From contig NZ_JADJNN010000008.1 of NCBI RefSeq assembly GCF_016714285.1, positions 68,669-132,668 of the forward strand: a DNA stretch of 64,000 nucleotides, read 5' to 3'. The stretch is from Nannocystis sp. (GTDB taxonomy: Bacteria; Myxococcota_A; Polyangia; Nannocystales; Nannocystaceae). Shown in pieces: positions 61,088 to 64,000 of the stretch; position 1 is the first letter of the stretch, and each line of letters opens with the position of its first letter. The position numbers and the translations under genes were made by a program. The notes under the pieces are model-generated. The model did no database searches, was not told the DNA's origin, and was given only the letters and a program-made list of their open reading frames with translations.

Positions 61088-61559
61088 TCACCGGGCTGGC
61101 GAAGCGGGACTTCAGCGGGGTGCCGTCGGGATAGTAGAAGTAGAACTCGACGCGGCGGTTGAGCTTGCGGCCGTCCTCGTTCTCGTTGCTGGCGGTGGGC
61201 TCGGCCTGGCCGCGCGACCCGATGTGCACGCGGGTGTGGTCGACCTTGCCGGCGGCCTTGTTGAGCAGGGCCTGGCGGAACTCGTGGGCGCGCTGGAGGC
61301 CGAGCTGCATGTTGCCGTTGGCGTTGCCGGTGGAGTCGGTGCGGCCGATGAGGAGGACGTGCAGCTCGGGGTTGCGCTCGAGCTCGGCGGCCGCCTGGGC
61401 GACGGCTGGACGGTCGGCGAAGTCCAGCTTCTTCGAGCCGGACTCGTAGTAGACGGCGGCGAGCTCGGGGGGCGGCGGCTGGCTGCCGGTGCCGCCGGCC
61501 TTGTTTTGGCCGGCGCAGGCGGCGAGGAGCAGGAGGGCGAGGGCGGTGCGGCGGACCAT
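61071..61559 (-). CDS. OmpA-family (OmpA/MotB C-terminal domain) peptidoglycan-associated lipoprotein
   Basis: The lipobox is LLLLAAC. The OmpA_C core is LLIGRTDSTGNANGNMQLGLQRAHEFRQAL...NRRVEF. Confidence 0.75.
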   Translation of the reverse strand: MVRRTALALLLLAACAGQNKAGGTGSQPPPPELAAVYYESGSKKLDFADRPAVAQAAAELERNPELHVLLIGRTDSTGNANGNMQLGLQRAHEFRQALLNKAAGKVDHTRVHIGSRGQAEPTASNENEDGRKLNRRVEFYFYYPDGTPLKSRFASPVIIEGE

Positions 61560-61635
61560 GGCCGCACTTTATACCGGGGACCGCGGGGCGTGAACCGAGG
61601 GCGTGCGGCTGCCAGTCCGCGGACTCGTGGGCGGG

Positions 61636-62667
61636 CTACCAGTCGATGATGGCGGAGCCCCAGGTGAAGCCGGAGCCGAACGCGGCCAGCGCCACCTTCA
61701 TGCCGGGCTTCAGCTTGCCGTTGCGCTCGGACTCCGCCAGCAGGATCGGGATCGTGGCCGCGGTCGTGTTGCCGTAGCGCTGGATGTTGTGCGGGATCTT
61801 CTCGTCCGGCACGTGCAGCTGGTGGGCGATGAACTGGTTGATCCGCATGTTCGCCTGATGGAACAGGAACAGGTCGATGTCCTCGATGCCGATGTTGTTG
61901 TTGCCGCAGGCGCGCATGAGGGCGCCGAGCATGGTGCCGACGGCGTGCTTGAACACCAGCTTGCCGTCCATACTGGCCCACAGCATCTCGGGGGCGACGG
62001 TGCCGGAGCGGTCGGGGTTCTTGGGGATGAAGGGGCGCTTGCGGATGTCCCAGATCTTCTGGCAGAGGACCTCGGCGAAGCGGCCGTCGGCGCCGAGGTA
62101 GACGCCCCGCACGCCGCGGTCGGCGTCGGTGGCGGAGACGATGACGGCGCCGGCGCCGTCGCCGAACAGGGAGGAGACGGTGCGGCCGTCGGTGGAGAGG
62201 TCGAGGGCGGCGGAGTGGGTCTCGGCGCCGCACACGAGCACGTGCTTGGCCATGCCGGCGCGCACGTGGGCGACGGCGGTGGACAGCGCGTAGAGGAAGC
62301 CCGAGCACTGGTTGCGGACGTCGAGGGCCGGGACGAACTTGGCGTTGTCGCCGTCGCACAGGCCGAGCTTCTGTTGCAGGAAGACGCCGCTGCCGGGGAA
62401 GGCATGCTCGGGGGAGAGGGTGGCGACGATGATGAGGTCGAGGTCGTGGGGCTGGAGCGTGGCGGCGGCGAGGGCGTCGCGGGCGGCGAGGACGGCCATG
62501 TCGGAGGTGCCGACGCCCTCGTCGGCGAAGCGCCGGGCCTCGATGCCGGTGCGCTGGACGATCCACTCGCTCGTGGTGTCGACGCCGTAGTTGCGGATGA
62601 GGTCGTCGTTGGTGACGACCCGCGGGGGGACGTAGAAGCCGGTCCCCGAGATGTAGGCTTGAACCAC
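61636..62667 (-). CDS. fabH: 3-oxoacyl-[acyl-carrier-protein] synthase III
   Basis: SGTGFYVPPRVVTNDDL...NQCSGFLYAL (active-site Cys), ...FHQANMRIN..., GNTTAATIP. Confidence 0.9.
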   Translation of the reverse strand: MVQAYISGTGFYVPPRVVTNDDLIRNYGVDTTSEWIVQRTGIEARRFADEGVGTSDMAVLAARDALAAATLQPHDLDLIIVATLSPEHAFPGSGVFLQQKLGLCDGDNAKFVPALDVRNQCSGFLYALSTAVAHVRAGMAKHVLVCGAETHSAALDLSTDGRTVSSLFGDGAGAVIVSATDADRGVRGVYLGADGRFAEVLCQKIWDIRKRPFIPKNPDRSGTVAPEMLWASMDGKLVFKHAVGTMLGALMRACGNNNIGIEDIDLFLFHQANMRINQFIAHQLHVPDEKIPHNIQRYGNTTAATIPILLAESERNGKLKPGMKVALAAFGSGFTWGSAIIDW

Positions 62668-62787
62668 GGCGTTGCTCCGGCGAAAGTGCGGCGGAGTCTA
62701 ACACGCGGGCGCGGGCGCCACAGTGGTCCGTGGGTCGGCCGGGCGTGAGACCTCGATGCCCGCGAGCGTCACGAGCTCGCCGACGCG

Positions 62788-64000
62788 TCAGTGGGTCCGC
62801 GGGGGTCCGCCGAGCGTGAGGCCGGGGGCCTTGGGGCCTGGCGGGTCGAACTTGTGAGGGTCGACGATCTTGGTGCCGAACAGCTTGATCTTGAGGGCGT
62901 CGCAATTGCTGCAGGCGGCCTTGGTCAGGAAGTCCTCGAGGACCTGCTTGCGGTGGGGCAGGAAGATCTGGTCGAGCTGCTCGGAGAGCGGGAAGCGGAG
63001 GCCGAACTCGCCGTCTTCGGTGAACTCCTCGGTGGTCTGGACGAAGCCGAGGGTGGGGGCCCACTGCAGGCCGCCGCCGAGGTCGCCGTTCTCCGGGGTG
63101 TTGGCGTGCTCGTGGCAGCCGGCGCAGGACAGCGTGAGGGTGCGGTTCAGGATCTGGTCGGTGGTGACGCCGGGCTTGGTGATCGCGGCCTGGATCGCGT
63201 CGCGGAAGGGGGTGCCGTCGCCGGACTGCAGGCGGTAGATGTCGAACACACCCTCGGAGCTGCTCTGGCCGGCGTTGAAGGTGCCGACGTCGGTGAGGAA
63301 GAAGCGGTTGACGTCGGTGACCTCGAGGTTCGGGACCTGCTTGAGGAACCACTTCTTGAAGGCCTCGCCGCCCTTGCCGGGGGAGGGGTCGGCGAACAGC
63401 TGGGGGAAGGGGTTGCTCTTGACGAGGGTGGGCTTGATGCAGGGGCCGAAGCCGCATTCGTGGGAGAACACGAACTCGCGGAGCTGCCACAGGTTCGGGT
63501 CCGGCATGAAGCTGTTGGTGCGGATCTGGCCGCCCTTCGGCCCGTAGTTGTCGGCGTGGACGACCGGGCCAGCGCCGGCGCCGTCGCCGAAGTAGAAGTC
63601 CTCGAGGGCCTTGGCGCGCAGGGCCTCGGAGTCGATGTCGCTGAGCTTGGCCCAGGCCTGGGCGATCGGGCGGCAGCCCTCGACGCCGCAGGCGGGGAAG
63701 GGGTTCGGGAGGCTGGCCTCGAAGATGATGAGGTTGCGGTTCTGGGAGTCGAAGGTGCCGGAGCGCTTGGCGAAGACGATGCGGTACTCGCCGCAGTTGC
63801 TGCCGTCGGTGCGGGCGAGGTCGAAGCGGTTAAACAGGCCGATCGGGATGTAGCTGTCGGGGTTGTTGTCCGGGTCGCTGAAGGGGTCCGTGAAGGCGAG
63901 CGCGCCCTCGGGGCGCGGGCACTGGATCGGGAAGGCGCCGAGCGAGTTCTTGCCCTTGATGACGGTGTCGTCGCAGTGGAGGGCCTCGGGGAAGGCGGCG
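62788..64000 (-). CDS. secreted protein with a c-type heme-binding CxxCH motif (3' end within the window; 5' end beyond 64000)
   Basis: A continuous minus-strand ORF runs from the window edge (...EALHCDDTVIKGKNSLGAFPIQCPRPEG...) through LTLSCAGCHEHANTPENGD to the stop at 62788. Confidence 0.5.
   Translation of the reverse strand, partial: AAFPEALHCDDTVIKGKNSLGAFPIQCPRPEGALAFTDPFSDPDNNPDSYIPIGLFNRFDLARTDGSNCGEYRIVFAKRSGTFDSQNRNLIIFEASLPNPFPACGVEGCRPIAQAWAKLSDIDSEALRAKALEDFYFGDGAGAGPVVHADNYGPKGGQIRTNSFMPDPNLWQLREFVFSHECGFGPCIKPTLVKSNPFPQLFADPSPGKGGEAFKKWFLKQVPNLEVTDVNRFFLTDVGTFNAGQSSSEGVFDIYRLQSGDGTPFRDAIQAAITKPGVTTDQILNRTLTLSCAGCHEHANTPENGDLGGGLQWAPTLGFVQTTEEFTEDGEFGLRFPLSEQLDQIFLPHRKQVLEDFLTKAACSNCDALKIKLFGTKIVDPHKFDPPGPKAPGLTLGGPPRTH

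Overview
The window is very GC-rich (about 70%) and looks like Myxococcales chromosomal DNA: several proteins carry MYXO-CTERM sorting tails and many are lipoproteins. No rRNA, tRNA, CRISPR array or transposase was seen. Because of the GC content, most long six-frame ORFs are antisense artefacts. About 49 genes can be supported.

Gene content, in order:
- 1 to 8.5 kb: a class I methyltransferase, a cobA/hemD fusion, mnmG and a thioesterase-like gene.
- 8.5 to 21.3 kb: a dense block of secreted and lipoprotein genes. It includes a transglutaminase-like protein, a lipoprotein with twin truncated-hemoglobin-like domains plus a P-domain, an M23 peptidase followed by an MBOAT-family gene, a TSP3-repeat lipoprotein and two tandem metzincin-like MYXO-CTERM paralogs.
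- 21.4 to 31.2 kb: speE, a large polytopic membrane protein, a phosphohexomutase, a CarbopepD-like repeat protein and a membrane Ser/Thr kinase with two kinase domains.
- 31.3 to 39.5 kb: a nine- to ten-gene Mrp-like (CPA3) antiporter cluster in atypical order (E-F-G-B-C, then three PF00361 subunits), ending in an MbtH-like gene.
- 39.6 to 45.7 kb: mutS2, then two SppA (S49) paralogs that share an unusual N-terminal domain.
- 47.1 to 54.9 kb, minus strand: five tightly coupled genes (GroES-like with a poly-Asp insert, SppA-like, ABC-type AAA_21-like ATPase, a small Cys/His protein, M16 peptidase). The ATPase and small gene sit in a lower-GC segment (about 60%). This is the best candidate for an undescribed system.
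- 55.0 to 64.0 kb: a BatA-like double-TM/vWA protein and a DUF4159-like gene (two components of an otherwise incomplete Bat-type aerotolerance cluster, no MoxR ATPase or DUF58), a CAP-domain lipoprotein, kptA, an OmpA-like lipoprotein, fabH and a partial heme-c protein.

Other notable points:
- Six genes show apparent 1-bp frame disruptions, which suggests assembly indels or genuine pseudogenes.
- Four junction-spanning tandem duplications (36, 24, 54 and 80 bp) duplicate start codons at gene 5' ends.
- Two short motifs are over-represented: the GGGACA(G/T)G / CTGTCCC palindrome family and CGATCACACG.
- Several intergenic tandem repeats are present.
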